A stretch of 64,000 bases of DNA. Origin: Bacteroidota bacterium. Lineage in GTDB: Bacteria > Bacteroidota > Bacteroidia > Bacteroidales > VadinHA17. The translations under genes were made by a program, and so were the position numbers. This document shows, in pieces, positions 50,374-62,211 of the stretch (its first letter is position 1; each line of letters opens with the position of its first letter). The stretch covers positions 3,700 to 67,699 of the forward strand of contig JBAXXU010000005.1 of NCBI GenBank assembly GCA_037127735.1, given 5' to 3'. Under the pieces are notes generated by a model that saw nothing but the letters and a program-made list of their open reading frames with translations, did not search any database and was not told the origin of the DNA.

Positions 50374-52554
50374 TTAATTTCCCATTTCCGAAAGAAATTT
50401 GATCCTCATCAACCTGATCTCCTCTTCTTCGAACTCATTTCCCAACTCTTTGATTGCTTCTGTGAGCGAGTCAGATTCAGCCTCTTCCCTGAAATATGAA
50501 TATATATCATGCTGGCGCTCATCATCAATCATCAAGTCAGTATAATAATCAAGGTTTATCCGGGTTCCTGAATTAACTATTGCCTCGATCTCCGAAATCA
50601 GTTCTCCCATCTCCAATCCTTTTGCTTCAGCAATATCTTCAAGAGGCCTCTTCATATCAATACTCTGGATAATATAAACTTTTATCCCCGATTTATTGAC
50701 AACCGATTTTACAACCATATCGAGGGGTCGTATTATCTCTTTCTCCTCAACATATTTTTTTATGAGCTCAATAAACTCTTCCCCGTATCGCTGTGCTTTG
50801 CCGGCACCCACTCCTGAAATATTCTGCAGTTCGTCAATAGTTATAGGGTATTGGATAGCCATATCCTCGAGGGAAGGATCCTGGAAAATAACAAATGGAG
50901 GAACATCTTTTTGCTTCGATAGTTTTTTCCTCATATCCTTCAGGATGCTGAACAACTCTTCATCAACTGCAGATGTTCTTGCCCCAAAAGCATTTTCTTC
51001 ATCAGATGTATCGGCATAGTCGTGATCCTCGGCAAGCATGAAAGAAGTGGGATTTTCGAGAAATACCATGCCTTTCTGTGTCAGTTTCAAAAGGCCATAG
51101 TTCTCAATATCCTTTGTAAGAAACTTGGCAATAAGACCCTGCCTGATAACCATGTTCCAGAATTTCTCATCCTTATCTTCTCCGATTCCGAAAAATTCGA
51201 TTTTATGGTGCTTATATGATTTTATTGCTGCTGTAACTTTTCCTGAAAGGATATTTGAAATATGATCAGCTTTAAATTTTTCCTTTACAGCCAGAATAGT
51301 TTCCAGGACATTAACGATAGCCTCATTACCTTCAAATTGTGATTTAGGGTGGAGGCAGTTATCACAAGCTTCACAGTTTTCCTTCAGATACTCTTCGCCA
51401 AAATAGTGCAGCAGCAGTTTTCTCCTGCACACGGAAGATTCAGCATAAGAAACAGTTTCGAGCAGAAGTTGTTTCCCAATCTCCTGTTCTGCAATGGGTT
51501 TCCCGTGCATGAATTTTTCTAGTTTCAGGATATCATTATAACTATAATATGCAATACAGTTCCCCTCGCCGCCATCGCGGCCGGCACGTCCGGTCTCCTG
51601 GTAGTACCCTTCGAGGCTTTTTGGTATATCATAGTGGATCACGAATCTCACATCAGGTTTATCAATCCCCATCCCGAAAGCAATAGTTGCCACGATGATC
51701 TCGGCCTCCTCCATAAGGAACTTGTCCTGATTCATTGTGCGGGTACCTGAATCCAAACCGGCATGATATGGAAGCGCTTTAATACCATTAACCTTAAGTA
51801 CTTCAGCAAGCTCTTCAACTTTTTTACGGCTCAGGCAATAAATTATCCCCGATTTCCCCGAATTGTTTTTAATATACTTAATTATCTCCTTTGTAACATC
51901 CTGTTTCGACTTTACCTCATAGTAGAGGTTTGGTCTGTTAAATGACGATTTAAAAATCTCTGCCTCAAGAATACCGAGGTTTTTCTGAATATCATGCTGA
52001 ACTTTAGGAGTGGCTGTTGCCGTAAGGGCAATAATAGGCGCCCTTCCAATTGTATCTATTATTGGTCTGATCCTCCTGTATTCAGGCCTGAAGTCATGTC
52101 CCCACTCAGATATACAATGAGCTTCATCAATAGCATAAAAGGATATCTCAATATTTTTAAGAAACTCAATATTCTCCTCCTTTGTTAATGACTCGGGAGC
52201 CACATAAAGGAGTTTTGCCTTGCCCGATAATACATCTTTTTTTACCTTTGTTATCTCCGTCTTTGTAAGTGATGAGTTAAGAAAGTGAGCAACATCGTCG
52301 TCGGTGCTGAAGTTCCTCATAGCATCTACCTGGTTCTTCATAAGTGCGATGAGAGGAGATATTACTATTGCTGTTCCCTTCTTCATGACACCCGGCAGCT
52401 GGTAACAAAGTGACTTCCCTCCTCCGGTTGGCATTAGCACAAAAGTATCTTTGCCAGAGAGAACATTCAATATTATAAGCTCCTGATTGCCTTTAAATGT
52501 ATCAAAACCAAAATACTTTTTTAAGTAATCGTGTATTGTAGAATCGTTAAGCAT
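50374..52554 (-). CDS. recQ: ATP-dependent DNA helicase RecQ
   Basis: MPTGGGKSLCYQ, DEAHC, QETGRAGRDG, Zn-binding CRR...C..CDNC, HRDC domain. Confidence 0.95.
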   Translation of the reverse strand: MLNDSTIHDYLKKYFGFDTFKGNQELIILNVLSGKDTFVLMPTGGGKSLCYQLPGVMKKGTAIVISPLIALMKNQVDAMRNFSTDDDVAHFLNSSLTKTEITKVKKDVLSGKAKLLYVAPESLTKEENIEFLKNIEISFYAIDEAHCISEWGHDFRPEYRRIRPIIDTIGRAPIIALTATATPKVQHDIQKNLGILEAEIFKSSFNRPNLYYEVKSKQDVTKEIIKYIKNNSGKSGIIYCLSRKKVEELAEVLKVNGIKALPYHAGLDSGTRTMNQDKFLMEEAEIIVATIAFGMGIDKPDVRFVIHYDIPKSLEGYYQETGRAGRDGGEGNCIAYYSYNDILKLEKFMHGKPIAEQEIGKQLLLETVSYAESSVCRRKLLLHYFGEEYLKENCEACDNCLHPKSQFEGNEAIVNVLETILAVKEKFKADHISNILSGKVTAAIKSYKHHKIEFFGIGEDKDEKFWNMVIRQGLIAKFLTKDIENYGLLKLTQKGMVFLENPTSFMLAEDHDYADTSDEENAFGARTSAVDEELFSILKDMRKKLSKQKDVPPFVIFQDPSLEDMAIQYPITIDELQNISGVGAGKAQRYGEEFIELIKKYVEEKEIIRPLDMVVKSVVNKSGIKVYIIQSIDMKRPLEDIAEAKGLEMGELISEIEAIVNSGTRINLDYYTDLMIDDERQHDIYSYFREEAESDSLTEAIKELGNEFEEEEIRLMRIKFLSEMGN

Positions 52555-52806
52555 ATTTTCCCAAAAATCATTCAATAAATTTCCCAAAAAAGCAATAGTA
52601 ACCAACTGAGAGGAGTTTATGTTTCACAGTTTACATAAAATTAATAAATTTCCTGATCAAATAATAGTTTTATTCTATTATTAACAAAAATGATCGGAAA
52701 ATATTAATCAAAGAATTATTCATGGGGTAGAATTTGATATTGTTTTGCAGAAGAAGTTTTATCATCTTTACAGGCTTAGTTTTAACCAAGTTTATATAAG
52801 GTGTCC

Positions 52807-53685
52807 ATGGCAATATTTGGGAAAAAAGGGAAGAAGGGTGAAAAGGAAATGTCATTTCTTGAACATCTCGAGGAGTTAAGGTGGCACATAATCCGTTCTA
52901 TATTAGCTATCTTATTCTTTATGATCGTGGCTTTTATATTTAAAAGCTTTATTTTCAATAACATTATTCTTGCACCAAAAAGCCCGTCTTTCTTTACTAA
53001 CCGCCTTCTTTGTCAGCTTGGGGAACGTCTTAATACTACAGCATTATGTATTAACACGAAGCCCTTAAGTCTGATTAATATAAAAATGTCGGGCCAGCTT
53101 ACAACTCATATTTCTGTGGCAATGGTTGCCGGCCTTATCCTTGCCTTTCCGGTAATTCTCTGGGAATTCTGGCAATTTTTCAAACCGGCTCTCCGTTCAA
53201 ATGAAGCAAAGTATGCAAAAGGGGCTGTAACAGCCGCTTCTCTTCTCTTTTTTATCGGAGTTTTGTTTGGGTTTTATATGCTTGCTCCTCTCTCATTACA
53301 TTTTCTAAGCTCATATGAAATCAGCCCGGAAGTTACCAATCAGATTAATATAAGATCCTATATCGGTACTCTGACATCAATATGCCTGGCTACAGGATTA
53401 GTTTTCGAACTGCCAATAATAGCTTTCTTCCTTACCAAGATAGGCGTGATTACGCCAACCTTCATGAGAAAATACAGGAAACATGCTATCGTGGTAATCT
53501 TTATTATTGCTGCAATTATCACTCCACCTGATGTCTTTTCTCAGACCCTTGTCGCCATTCCCCTCCTGGTCCTTTACGAGGTCAGCATTTTTATATCTGC
53601 AAGGGTAATGAAGCAGAAGGAAAAAGAGCGCGATGATTTTATGAATGATGAAGATAAAGCTAAAACCGAAAACGCCACTTCATAG
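52807..53685 (+). CDS. tatC: Twin-arginine translocase subunit TatC
   Basis: [29 protein letters not shown]. Confidence 0.95.
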   Translation: MAIFGKKGKKGEKEMSFLEHLEELRWHIIRSILAILFFMIVAFIFKSFIFNNIILAPKSPSFFTNRLLCQLGERLNTTALCINTKPLSLINIKMSGQLTTHISVAMVAGLILAFPVILWEFWQFFKPALRSNEAKYAKGAVTAASLLFFIGVLFGFYMLAPLSLHFLSSYEISPEVTNQINIRSYIGTLTSICLATGLVFELPIIAFFLTKIGVITPTFMRKYRKHAIVVIFIIAAIITPPDVFSQTLVAIPLLVLYEVSIFISARVMKQKEKERDDFMNDEDKAKTENATS

Positions 53686-53693
53686 TACCGGAG

Positions 53694-54419
53694 ATGAAAC
53701 TTTACACCGAAAATCTTATTAAAAAATATCGCAGCAGAACAGTTGTTGACCATGTTTCTGTTGAGGTTGAACAAGGTGAAATAGTCGGATTACTTGGCCC
53801 AAATGGCGCCGGTAAAACTACAACTTTTTATATGATTGTCGGTTTAATTAAACCACGGGAAGGAAAGATATTCCTCGATAATGAAGAAATAACATCTCTG
53901 CCGGTTTATAAACGCGCCAGAAAAGGTATCGGCTATCTCGCGCAGGAGGCCTCGGTATTCAGAAATATGTCTGTTGAAAACAATATCCGCGCTGTACTTG
54001 AGATGTCGGGATTTCCAAAAGAAGAGCAAAAAGAAAGACTTGAAACTCTTCTTGGTGAATTTGGCCTTCAGAAAATCAGGAAAAGCAAAGGCATCCAGCT
54101 TTCCGGCGGTGAAAGAAGACGTACTGAAATCGCGAGAGCGCTTGCGCTTAAACCAAAATTCATTTTACTTGATGAACCCTTTGCCGGCGTTGATCCTATC
54201 GCCGTTGAAGATATACAGGAAATAGTATCAAAACTCAGGGAGAAAAATATTGGGATTCTGATAACCGACCATAATGTTCATGAGACACTCTCCATCACCG
54301 ATCGCGCCTACCTTCTCTTCGAAGGTCGAATCCTTAAATCCGGCACTTCCGCGCAACTGGCGGATGATGAGCATGTGAGAAAAGTCTATCTCGGAAAGAA
54401 TTTTGAACTGCGCCGGTAA
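53694..54419 (+). CDS. lptB: LPS export ABC transporter ATP-binding protein
   Basis: [54 protein letters not shown]. Confidence 0.95.
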   Translation: MKLYTENLIKKYRSRTVVDHVSVEVEQGEIVGLLGPNGAGKTTTFYMIVGLIKPREGKIFLDNEEITSLPVYKRARKGIGYLAQEASVFRNMSVENNIRAVLEMSGFPKEEQKERLETLLGEFGLQKIRKSKGIQLSGGERRRTEIARALALKPKFILLDEPFAGVDPIAVEDIQEIVSKLREKNIGILITDHNVHETLSITDRAYLLFEGRILKSGTSAQLADDEHVRKVYLGKNFELRR

Positions 54420-54471
54420 CAATCAATTTGTTTTGATAATAATTTATTATAATTTTGCGGGGAATTTTACC

Positions 54472-54554
54472 GCGGATGTGTCGTAATTGGTAGCCGAGCA
54501 AGACTTAGGATCTTGTGTCTTCGTGACGTGGGGGTTCGAGTCCCTTCATCCGCA
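54472..54554 (+). tRNA. tRNA-Leu (anticodon TAG)
   Basis: Acceptor stem GCGGATG/CATCCGC plus A; D-loop AATTGGTA; anticodon arm caaga-cttagga-tcttg; long variable arm; GTTCGAG T-loop; CCA not encoded. Confidence 0.95.
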
Positions 54555-54633
54555 CAACTGACAAACCGCCCTTAACCTCTTTAATAGTGCGTTTTGGCGG
54601 TTTTTTTTAACTTCACGATAAACAAGAATTGAA

Positions 54634-55983
54634 ATGAATATCACCAGAGAAAACATCGACGACCTGAATGTTGTATTAAAAATTAAAATCGATAAAACCG
54701 ATTATGAAGATAAAGTTGAGACTGTATTGAAGGGTTACAGGAAAAAGGCAACAATAAAAGGATTTCGCCCCGGAATGGTCCCGATGGGACTAATTAAAAG
54801 GATGTACGGGCAGGCCGTTAAGTTTGATGAGATCAACAAAATTGTAGCAGAAAACATTCAGACATATATTACTGACGAAAAACTTGAAATACTTGGCGAT
54901 CCGTTGCCAAAAACAGACGAGCAGGAAAAGATAGATTTTGACAAACAGGAGGACTTTACTTTCTCCTTTGAAATTGGTCTTGCGCCAGTCATTGAACTGA
55001 ACCTTAGCAAAAAAAATGTGGTCACCCGGCATGAGATAATAATCGATGAAAAGATGAAGGGCGATTATCTCGATAATTACACACGCCGCTACGGTGAATT
55101 AAGAAACGCTGACGTTACTGAAGAAAAAGATGTGATTAAGGGAAAAATTGAAGCTATTGACCTGAATGGCAACGTAATACCCGAAGGCCCATCAGCTGAT
55201 GAAACCTCCCTTGGCATTGACATTATTAAGGATGAAAAAATAAAAACCGATTTTATCGGTAAGAACAAGAACGATATTATAGATTTTGACCTCAAAAAAG
55301 CCTTCCCGAACGACACTGAAATAGCCGGGATATTACATAAAAAAAAGGAAGAGGTTGCAGGACTTGAGGGAAATTTCAGGTTTACAGTTAATGAAATAAG
55401 CCGTTTTCATCCTGCTGAAGTAGGAAAAGAACTTTTCGACAAGATATATGGTGAAGGAGTCGTGAATTCGGAAGAAGAATTCATGAAGAAGATTGAAGAG
55501 GAGATCGCCATTAACCTTAAACGTGAAAGTGATTTTAAAATGATGATTGATATCAAAAATACCACTATTGAAAAAACCGATATTCAACTTCCTGAAGAGT
55601 TCCTGAAAAGATGGCTGCTCAAAGTTAATGAAAAGACCACGCAGGAGCAGATTGATAAAGAGTTCGACAGTTTCAGAAAAGACCTTAAATGGCAACTCAT
55701 AAGGAACAAAGTTGCACATGACAACCAAGTGAAAATAAGTGAGGAAGAGCTGCTGAAAGAAGCTGAAAACATTACCAGAAATCAGTTTCAGCAGTATGGA
55801 CTGTTCTACGCCACCGATGAGCAGATTAGCAACTATGCAAAAGAGACTCTTAAAAAGCCAGATGATGTAAAAAGAATTGCCGACAAGATACTTGAAGAAA
55901 AGGTTTTACTAATTTTAAAGGAGCTTGTGAAACTTGAGAACAGAAGTGTCACAGTTGAGGAATTCAATAAGCTTTTTGAATAG
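54634..55983 (+). CDS. tig: Trigger factor
   Basis: GFRPGMVP ribosome-binding motif; upstream of clpP-clpX. Confidence 0.9.
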   Translation: MNITRENIDDLNVVLKIKIDKTDYEDKVETVLKGYRKKATIKGFRPGMVPMGLIKRMYGQAVKFDEINKIVAENIQTYITDEKLEILGDPLPKTDEQEKIDFDKQEDFTFSFEIGLAPVIELNLSKKNVVTRHEIIIDEKMKGDYLDNYTRRYGELRNADVTEEKDVIKGKIEAIDLNGNVIPEGPSADETSLGIDIIKDEKIKTDFIGKNKNDIIDFDLKKAFPNDTEIAGILHKKKEEVAGLEGNFRFTVNEISRFHPAEVGKELFDKIYGEGVVNSEEEFMKKIEEEIAINLKRESDFKMMIDIKNTTIEKTDIQLPEEFLKRWLLKVNEKTTQEQIDKEFDSFRKDLKWQLIRNKVAHDNQVKISEEELLKEAENITRNQFQQYGLFYATDEQISNYAKETLKKPDDVKRIADKILEEKVLLILKELVKLENRSVTVEEFNKLFE

Positions 55984-56052
55984 TAATCAACACATTGCGA
56001 TGATTTAATTTTTTTTTATTATCTTTGTTCGTTAATTATTAATCCTGAAAAT

Positions 56053-56730
56053 ATGAGTATCCTTGACGATTTTGGGAAATATGCAAAAAGCAATCGCGGA
56101 ATCAGTAGCCTGAACCTGCACAGATACACTTCAGTATATGGAAGCTATATTTCACCTACGATTATTGAAGAGAGACAATTAAATGTGGCATCAATGGATG
56201 TCTTTTCACGTCTTATGATGGACAGGATTATTTTTCTTGGCTTGCCAATAGATGATTATGTAGCTAATATTATCCAGGCCCAGTTGCTATATCTCGATTC
56301 ATCCGATCCCGGGAAAGATATTCAGATATATTTCAATACTCCCGGTGGATCAGTTAATGCAGGTCTTGGTATTTACGATACCATGCAGTACATCTCAGCC
56401 GACATCGCCACAATCTGTACCGGTATGGCAGCATCAATGGGTGCTGTTCTCCTGACCGCCGGTAAGAAAGGGAAAAGATCAGCGCTAAATCATTCCAGGA
56501 TAATGATTCATCAACCTATGGGCGGGGCAGAAGGACAAGCTTCAGATATAGAAATTACAGTTCGTGAGATCGTAAAACTTAAAAAAGAACTATACGAAAT
56601 AATAGCTCTCCATTCCGGTAATACAGTTGAAAAAGTTGAAAAAGACTCTGACAGGGATTACTGGATGACATCCCAGGAAGCTAAAGACTACGGGATGATA
56701 GATGAGATTCTCCAGAAAAATCAAAAATAA
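56053..56730 (+). CDS. clpP: ATP-dependent Clp protease proteolytic subunit
   Basis: DVFSRLMMDRIIFL, G.AASMG, MIHQP, DRD.W. Confidence 0.97.
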   Translation: MSILDDFGKYAKSNRGISSLNLHRYTSVYGSYISPTIIEERQLNVASMDVFSRLMMDRIIFLGLPIDDYVANIIQAQLLYLDSSDPGKDIQIYFNTPGGSVNAGLGIYDTMQYISADIATICTGMAASMGAVLLTAGKKGKRSALNHSRIMIHQPMGGAEGQASDIEITVREIVKLKKELYEIIALHSGNTVEKVEKDSDRDYWMTSQEAKDYGMIDEILQKNQK

Positions 56731-56736
56731 CTTCCA

Positions 56737-57951
56737 ATGGATAAATGTTCATTTTGCGGCAGAACAAAGAAAGAGACCAATATGCTTATTGCAGGCCTCG
56801 AAGGCCATATCTGCGACCACTGTATAGAGCAGGCTAACAGCATAATGAAAGAAGAACTCGGAAGTAAAAAAAATGCGTCATTTGATACTTTCAACCTCCT
56901 TAAACCGACCGAGATCAAGCATTTTCTCGACCAATATGTTATTGGTCAGGATATGGCAAAGAAGATAATATCCGTTGCTGTTTATAACCATTACAAAAGG
57001 CTGATGCAAAAGGCTGATGAAGAGGATATTGAAATAGAAAAATCAAATATCATACTAGTTGGTGAAACCGGTACCGGAAAAACACTCCTTGCAAGAACAG
57101 TTGCAAAAATGCTGCACGTCCCTTTTACAATTGTCGATGCAACAGTGCTTACTGAAGCAGGTTACGTAGGGGAAGATATTGAAAGCCTTCTGACCCGGCT
57201 ATTGCAAAATGCAGATTATGATGTTAAAGCAGCTGAAAAAGGTATAGTTTTTATTGATGAGATCGACAAAATTGCACGAAAAGGCGACAACCCTTCAATA
57301 ACACGCGACGTGTCGGGCGAGGGCGTGCAGCAGGGCCTTCTGAAACTACTTGAAGGGTCAATAGTAAATGTGCCACCCCAGGGGGGGCGCAAACACCCTG
57401 AGCAAAAAATGATCCCTGTCGATACAAAAAATATCCTGTTTATCTGTGGTGGCGCTTTTGAGGGGATCCAAAAGAAAATTGCACAACGACTAAATACTCA
57501 GGTTGTTGGTTTCGGCGCTTCAAAAATCAGGGATAGAGTGGATAAAGATAATCTCCTTCAATATATTGCTCCGCAGGATCTCAGAGCTTTCGGCCTCATA
57601 CCTGAAATAATCGGCAGGCTGCCTGTCCTTTCTCATCTTAATCCACTTGACAGAGCTGCGTTGAGAGCAATACTTACAGAACCGAAAAATGCTCTTGTGA
57701 AACAATATACCAAGTTGTTCAGGATGGATAATATCGAACTCACTTTTGCCGAAGGTGTTCTTGACTATATTGTTGACAAAGCAATTGAATTCAAACTCGG
57801 AGCCCGCGGACTAAGATCGATATGCGAAGCAATTATGCTTGATGCCATGTTCGAAATGCCATCTGTTGACACAAACGAGCTTGAAATAACAATTGACTAT
57901 GCCGACCATAAACTCGAACGAATAAATCTAAAAGTTCTGAAAGCATCATAA
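56737..57951 (+). CDS. clpX: Clp protease ATP-binding subunit
   Basis: CSFC zinc finger, [34 protein letters not shown]. Confidence 0.97.
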   Translation: MDKCSFCGRTKKETNMLIAGLEGHICDHCIEQANSIMKEELGSKKNASFDTFNLLKPTEIKHFLDQYVIGQDMAKKIISVAVYNHYKRLMQKADEEDIEIEKSNIILVGETGTGKTLLARTVAKMLHVPFTIVDATVLTEAGYVGEDIESLLTRLLQNADYDVKAAEKGIVFIDEIDKIARKGDNPSITRDVSGEGVQQGLLKLLEGSIVNVPPQGGRKHPEQKMIPVDTKNILFICGGAFEGIQKKIAQRLNTQVVGFGASKIRDRVDKDNLLQYIAPQDLRAFGLIPEIIGRLPVLSHLNPLDRAALRAILTEPKNALVKQYTKLFRMDNIELTFAEGVLDYIVDKAIEFKLGARGLRSICEAIMLDAMFEMPSVDTNELEITIDYADHKLERINLKVLKAS

Positions 57952-57961
57952 AAAATCCTTC

Positions 57962-58453
57962 TTATTTACTTCTTCTTTCGTATATAATATATGTATAGGA
58001 TATACCTTCGTTTTCAATAGCCCTATACTCCTCTTTTTCAACTACTTTCCAAATATCGGGGTCAATCTCAGGAAAATATACATCAGCCGGGCTCTTTTTA
58101 TGTACGTGTGTGATATAAAGCCGGTCCGAAATCGGCATGAATTGCCTGTAAACACTTCCTCCTCCTATTACAAATATTTTATCATCCTTTTCACATTTGC
58201 TAAGTGCATCCTCAATCGAGTATGCAGTAACTGAACAATCAATACATTCCAGGGGGTCATCTGTAAGAACAATATTTTTACGCCCGGGGAGCGGTTTCCG
58301 GGGTAATGATTCCCAGGTTTTTTTTCCCATAATAACCGTATTTCCAAGCGTCAGCCTTTTGAATCTCTTGAGATCTTCGGAAATATACCATAACAGCTCA
58401 TTATCCTTTCCAATACCCCAATCTTCAGATACAGCAACAATAATTGAAATCAT
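57962..58453 (-). CDS. folA: Dihydrofolate reductase
   Basis: IG..N.L.W...EDL..FK, IMG.KTWES, PLPGRKN, IGGG. Confidence 0.95.
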   Translation of the reverse strand: MISIIVAVSEDWGIGKDNELLWYISEDLKRFKRLTLGNTVIMGKKTWESLPRKPLPGRKNIVLTDDPLECIDCSVTAYSIEDALSKCEKDDKIFVIGGGSVYRQFMPISDRLYITHVHKKSPADVYFPEIDPDIWKVVEKEEYRAIENEGISYTYIIYERRSK

Positions 58454-58463
58454 ACCTTATATA

Positions 58464-59258
58464 TTATACTGAAATATCACCTTTTATATGAGGATGAGCT
58501 ATATAGTTCGTCAAAGTAAAATCATCATATCTGAACTTCAGAATATCAGTCACATCTGGATTGATGACCATCCCGGGTAATTGAAAAGGCTCTCTGATAA
58601 GCTGTATTTGAACCTGTTCCAGGTGATTAAGATAAATGTGTGCATCGCCCAGCGTATGGACGAAATCACCTGGTTTAAGGCCGGTAGCCTGTGCAACCAT
58701 AAGTGTCAGGAGGGAATAAGAGGCTATATTGAACGGTATCCCAAGAAATATATCGGCGCTTCGCTGATAAAGCTGACATGATAATCTTCCACCGGCAACG
58801 TAAAACTGGAACATGAGATGACAAGGAGGAAGAGCCATTTTTTCAAGGTCAGCAACATTCCAGGCGCTTACTATGTGACGGCGGGAATCTGGTGATTTTT
58901 TAATGGAACTTATTACGTTCATAAGCTGGTCGATTTTTTCTCCTCCTCCAGCCTGCCATGATCGCCATTGGTGACCATAAACAGGGCCAAGGTTCCCCTC
59001 TTTATCAGCCCAGGCGTTCCATATTTTTACTCCATTCTCATTCAGGTATCTGGTATTTGTATCTCCGGAAATAAACCACAGTAATTCATGAATAATAGAC
59101 TTTAGATGGAGCTTTTTAGTTGTTAAAAGGGGAAAACCCTCAGAAAGGTTAAATCTCATTTGATAACCAAACACGCTTAAAGTCCCAGTGCAGGTTCTGT
59201 CTTTTTTTTCAGTCCCTGTTTTTACAACATGATCCAAAAGATCAAGATACTGCCTCAT
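58464..59258 (-). CDS. thyA: Thymidylate synthase
   Basis: FPLLTTK, ELLWF, DSRR, ALPPCH, QRSAD.FLG.PFN. Confidence 0.97.
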   Translation of the reverse strand: MRQYLDLLDHVVKTGTEKKDRTCTGTLSVFGYQMRFNLSEGFPLLTTKKLHLKSIIHELLWFISGDTNTRYLNENGVKIWNAWADKEGNLGPVYGHQWRSWQAGGGEKIDQLMNVISSIKKSPDSRRHIVSAWNVADLEKMALPPCHLMFQFYVAGGRLSCQLYQRSADIFLGIPFNIASYSLLTLMVAQATGLKPGDFVHTLGDAHIYLNHLEQVQIQLIREPFQLPGMVINPDVTDILKFRYDDFTLTNYIAHPHIKGDISV

Positions 59259-59273
59259 TCCTGCTAATAAAAT

Positions 59274-61226
59274 TTATTGTTTTGGAGAAAGTTTTGCCGC
59301 GTAACCTCCTCCGGGAGACAGATGAATCTTCATCTTATCACCTGATTTAACATTGGTTATCAGATGTTTATAATCGCCGGCAAAATTGTCTGCATTAACC
59401 CCATCCTGAAATATATCCATAATATATTCACCGGGTGGCAGGAATGAGAGATCGAGCTCCATTTCACGGCTGGTCCAGTCCGTCAGCGCTCCCACAAACC
59501 AATCTTTACCGGAACGTCTCGCGAGAAGAAGATAATCTCCAACTTTACCATCGAGACCTTTGATATCATCCCATACTACCGGAATATTAACAATAAAATC
59601 AGTAGTCTCCTGTTCTTTCATATAGTTTGAAGGGCTATCTGAAAGCATCTGCAAAGGGCTCTCGTAAATAACATATAATGCTACCTGGTGTGCTCTGGTT
59701 CCCTGGCTTTCAGGACGCGTAAACTGAGGATTAAAGTTCGCCTTGTCCATATTGATCATGGCGCCGGGGGTATAATCCATCGGACCGGCAACCATTCTTG
59801 TAAAAGGGATTGTCACATCATGGTCCGGATTAATATCTTTGCTCCATTTATTATTTTCCATTCCTTTTACACCTTCACGCGTTAGTGCATTTGGCCATGT
59901 ACGGTTAAGACCATCAGGCTTATAGGCGCCATGAAAGTCGATCAGAAGATGATGTTCGGCGGTTTTTTTTGCTGCTTCAAGATAAAAATTAACAACTTTC
60001 TGATCATCCCTCTGCATAAAATCAACTTTGACTCCTTTAACTCCCCATTTTTCATAAAGAACCACAGCCTCATCTATATCATCCCAGAAAGTTTTCCAGA
60101 TCACCCACAATATTACACCAACATGTTTGCTTTCAGCATATTTGCAAAGTGCAGGAATATCGATTTCGGGTATCGATTCCAGTGCTGTGCCACCGATTTT
60201 ATACCAGCCCTCATCGAGAATAATATATTCAATTCCGTTCTTTGAAGCAAAATCAATATAATATTTATATGTATCGTTGTTTATTCCGGCTCTGAAATCA
60301 ACACCATAAATATTGTTGGCATTCCACCAATCCCATGCTACCTGCCCAGGTTTGATCCAGTCTGTATTTTCTATCTTATTTGGCTGGGCCAGTTTATACA
60401 CCAGGTCACTTTCAATCAACTTAACATCGTTTGTGGCAATCACGAATGCTCTCCAGGGGAATGTGCGGGTACCTTTCGTTTTGGCTATGTAATCTTTAGT
60501 ACTGGTAACAAAAAGATCACGGTCCCTGGTAAGTTTTTCAACATCAGGATATTTGGACCATGTGCCGGATATTTTACCTGATCCTGCACCAACAAGCCAC
60601 ATACCCGGATAATCCTCTATATCGGATTCAGAAATAAGAACATTTATACCATCAAACTGGAAAAGCGTTGGCAGACTTGCAAGATGTTTTTTACCTATTG
60701 TATCGAGTGAAGAATAGATAAATGTTCTTTCGTTATGCGACATAAAGCCGGTTTCAAGAGGATACCAGGAATATGATGTGGAAGGGAATTGAAACTCGGA
60801 AATTTCATTTATTACCGTAATATCTTCTTTTAAAAAAGTTTCAAACCTATAAGCAACACCATCATTATATGCTCTGAATTGAAGCGAAAAACCGGAATTA
60901 AAAGAGATTACAAGCATATTGCAATTATCAATAATCTCTGATCTCTTATTTGCCACAACCGGTTTGATTGTTTCATTCAGCTGACTGATTTTTATCTTCT
61001 TAACCCTTTCATTTTCTCCCAGAATTTTTCCATTGGCAAGTATCATGGCAACTTTGGGGGAATTGATTATTTCTTTACCTTCAAAAGTTGAGTGCCATTT
61101 TATATCGGTTCCGACATCCACGGTCAGAGAGATTTTACCGTCAGGAGAGCTGACCTTATACTCTTTTGCTGAAGAGTAATATGCTGCGATTACAAATAAA
61201 AAAGTCAATAATAATATTCTTTTCAT
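59274..61226 (-). CDS. Glycoside hydrolase family 97 protein
   Basis: SPDG, RAYNDGVAYR, PWR, KPG.VAWDWW, GVKVDF, DFHG, REGV.GME, GPMDYTPG. Confidence 0.93.
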   Translation of the reverse strand: MKRILLLTFLFVIAAYYSSAKEYKVSSPDGKISLTVDVGTDIKWHSTFEGKEIINSPKVAMILANGKILGENERVKKIKISQLNETIKPVVANKRSEIIDNCNMLVISFNSGFSLQFRAYNDGVAYRFETFLKEDITVINEISEFQFPSTSYSWYPLETGFMSHNERTFIYSSLDTIGKKHLASLPTLFQFDGINVLISESDIEDYPGMWLVGAGSGKISGTWSKYPDVEKLTRDRDLFVTSTKDYIAKTKGTRTFPWRAFVIATNDVKLIESDLVYKLAQPNKIENTDWIKPGQVAWDWWNANNIYGVDFRAGINNDTYKYYIDFASKNGIEYIILDEGWYKIGGTALESIPEIDIPALCKYAESKHVGVILWVIWKTFWDDIDEAVVLYEKWGVKGVKVDFMQRDDQKVVNFYLEAAKKTAEHHLLIDFHGAYKPDGLNRTWPNALTREGVKGMENNKWSKDINPDHDVTIPFTRMVAGPMDYTPGAMINMDKANFNPQFTRPESQGTRAHQVALYVIYESPLQMLSDSPSNYMKEQETTDFIVNIPVVWDDIKGLDGKVGDYLLLARRSGKDWFVGALTDWTSREMELDLSFLPPGEYIMDIFQDGVNADNFAGDYKHLITNVKSGDKMKIHLSPGGGYAAKLSPKQ

Positions 61227-61273
61227 TTTAGTATGGTTATGAATTATTCCGATTTACAAATATGGAAGATCTA

Positions 61274-61870
61274 TCAATCCTTCCTTTTCTTTCTTTTCTC
61301 AATCTCATCCCTTATGAAAGCAGCCCTTTCATAAGCTTCAGTCTTTACTGCCTCATCTATCATTTTAAAAAGTTCCTCATCTGAATAGGTATCATATTTA
61401 GCGCTTCCCGGTTCAAATAAGCTGCCAACTTCATTTTCTGCAGATAATTCAACATCTGCCGGATTAATTGTTATTCCTACTTTTTCCAGAATTTCTTCGG
61501 CAATGAATATCGGACAATCGAATCTCAATGCAATTGCCACAGCATCAGATGTTCTGCTGTCGATTGAATATTCTTTTTTGCCATTGTTACAAACAAGTTT
61601 TGAAAAGAAAACCCCTTCCTCCAGCTTATATATCATTACTTCGCTAACAAAGATGTTAAACTCATCTGCAAATTTTTTAAAAAGATCATGAGTCAACGGC
61701 CGCGGAGGATCAAGATTTTCAAGCTTTATTACGATAGCCTGCGCTTCAAACCCTCCAATTATAATAGGTATTCTTCTCTCTCCGTTTTCTTCAATCAAAA
61801 TCAACGCGTAAGCTCCGGATTGAGTCTGACTGTATGATATACCCATAACCTTTAGCTTTATTCTCTTCAT
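61274..61870 (-). CDS. Bifunctional nuclease (DUF151) with C-terminal UVR domain
   Basis: IPIIIG.FEAQAI, RPLTHDL, DSRTSDA.A.A, A...E.YE.AA.IRDE. Confidence 0.9.
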   Translation of the reverse strand: MKRIKLKVMGISYSQTQSGAYALILIEENGERRIPIIIGGFEAQAIVIKLENLDPPRPLTHDLFKKFADEFNIFVSEVMIYKLEEGVFFSKLVCNNGKKEYSIDSRTSDAVAIALRFDCPIFIAEEILEKVGITINPADVELSAENEVGSLFEPGSAKYDTYSDEELFKMIDEAVKTEAYERAAFIRDEIEKRKKRKD

Positions 61871-62088
61871 ATCAATTATTTATGCGCCAGATGAATAACC
61901 GTTTCTTTTATTGAATATGACAAATATAAAGATATTAGCAGTAACAGAAAGATTAACTATATTCTTTTTTATCAACATACTGATAATAAAATCAGCATTA
62001 TTGTTTATAGAATATCCCATGGAAATTAATCCGGTAAATCAAACTGATCCGTTATTAGTATATGTCTGTAAAAAATATTCTGTAATGG

Positions 62089-62118
62089 TTTGTAAATAAT
62101 CTTATTTGTATATCTTTG
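62089..62118 (+). promoter_or_regulatory. Promoter of rplU-rpmA
   Basis: TTTG (62089-62092) and TATCTTTG (62111-62118). Confidence 0.6.
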
Positions 62119-62211
62119 CAGTCCGAATTTGAATAAATCCGCGGGGGCAACTGAAGTTATATAATCATAGTATTATGTACGCCTCACGGAGTAACGTAAA
62201 ATAGATAAAAA

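Noticed and set aside
54472-54610. tRNA-Leu as a prophage or ICE integration site
   Set aside because: No integrase and no duplicated tRNA 3' end seen; flanked by core genes lptB and tig.
330-62099. Numerous 60-180 aa ORFs nested in or antisense to the called genes (e.g. 2878-3339, 25582-26121, 33321-33818, 55333-55728)
   Set aside because: No recognisable motifs and almost all overlap well-supported CDSs; treated as shadow ORFs.
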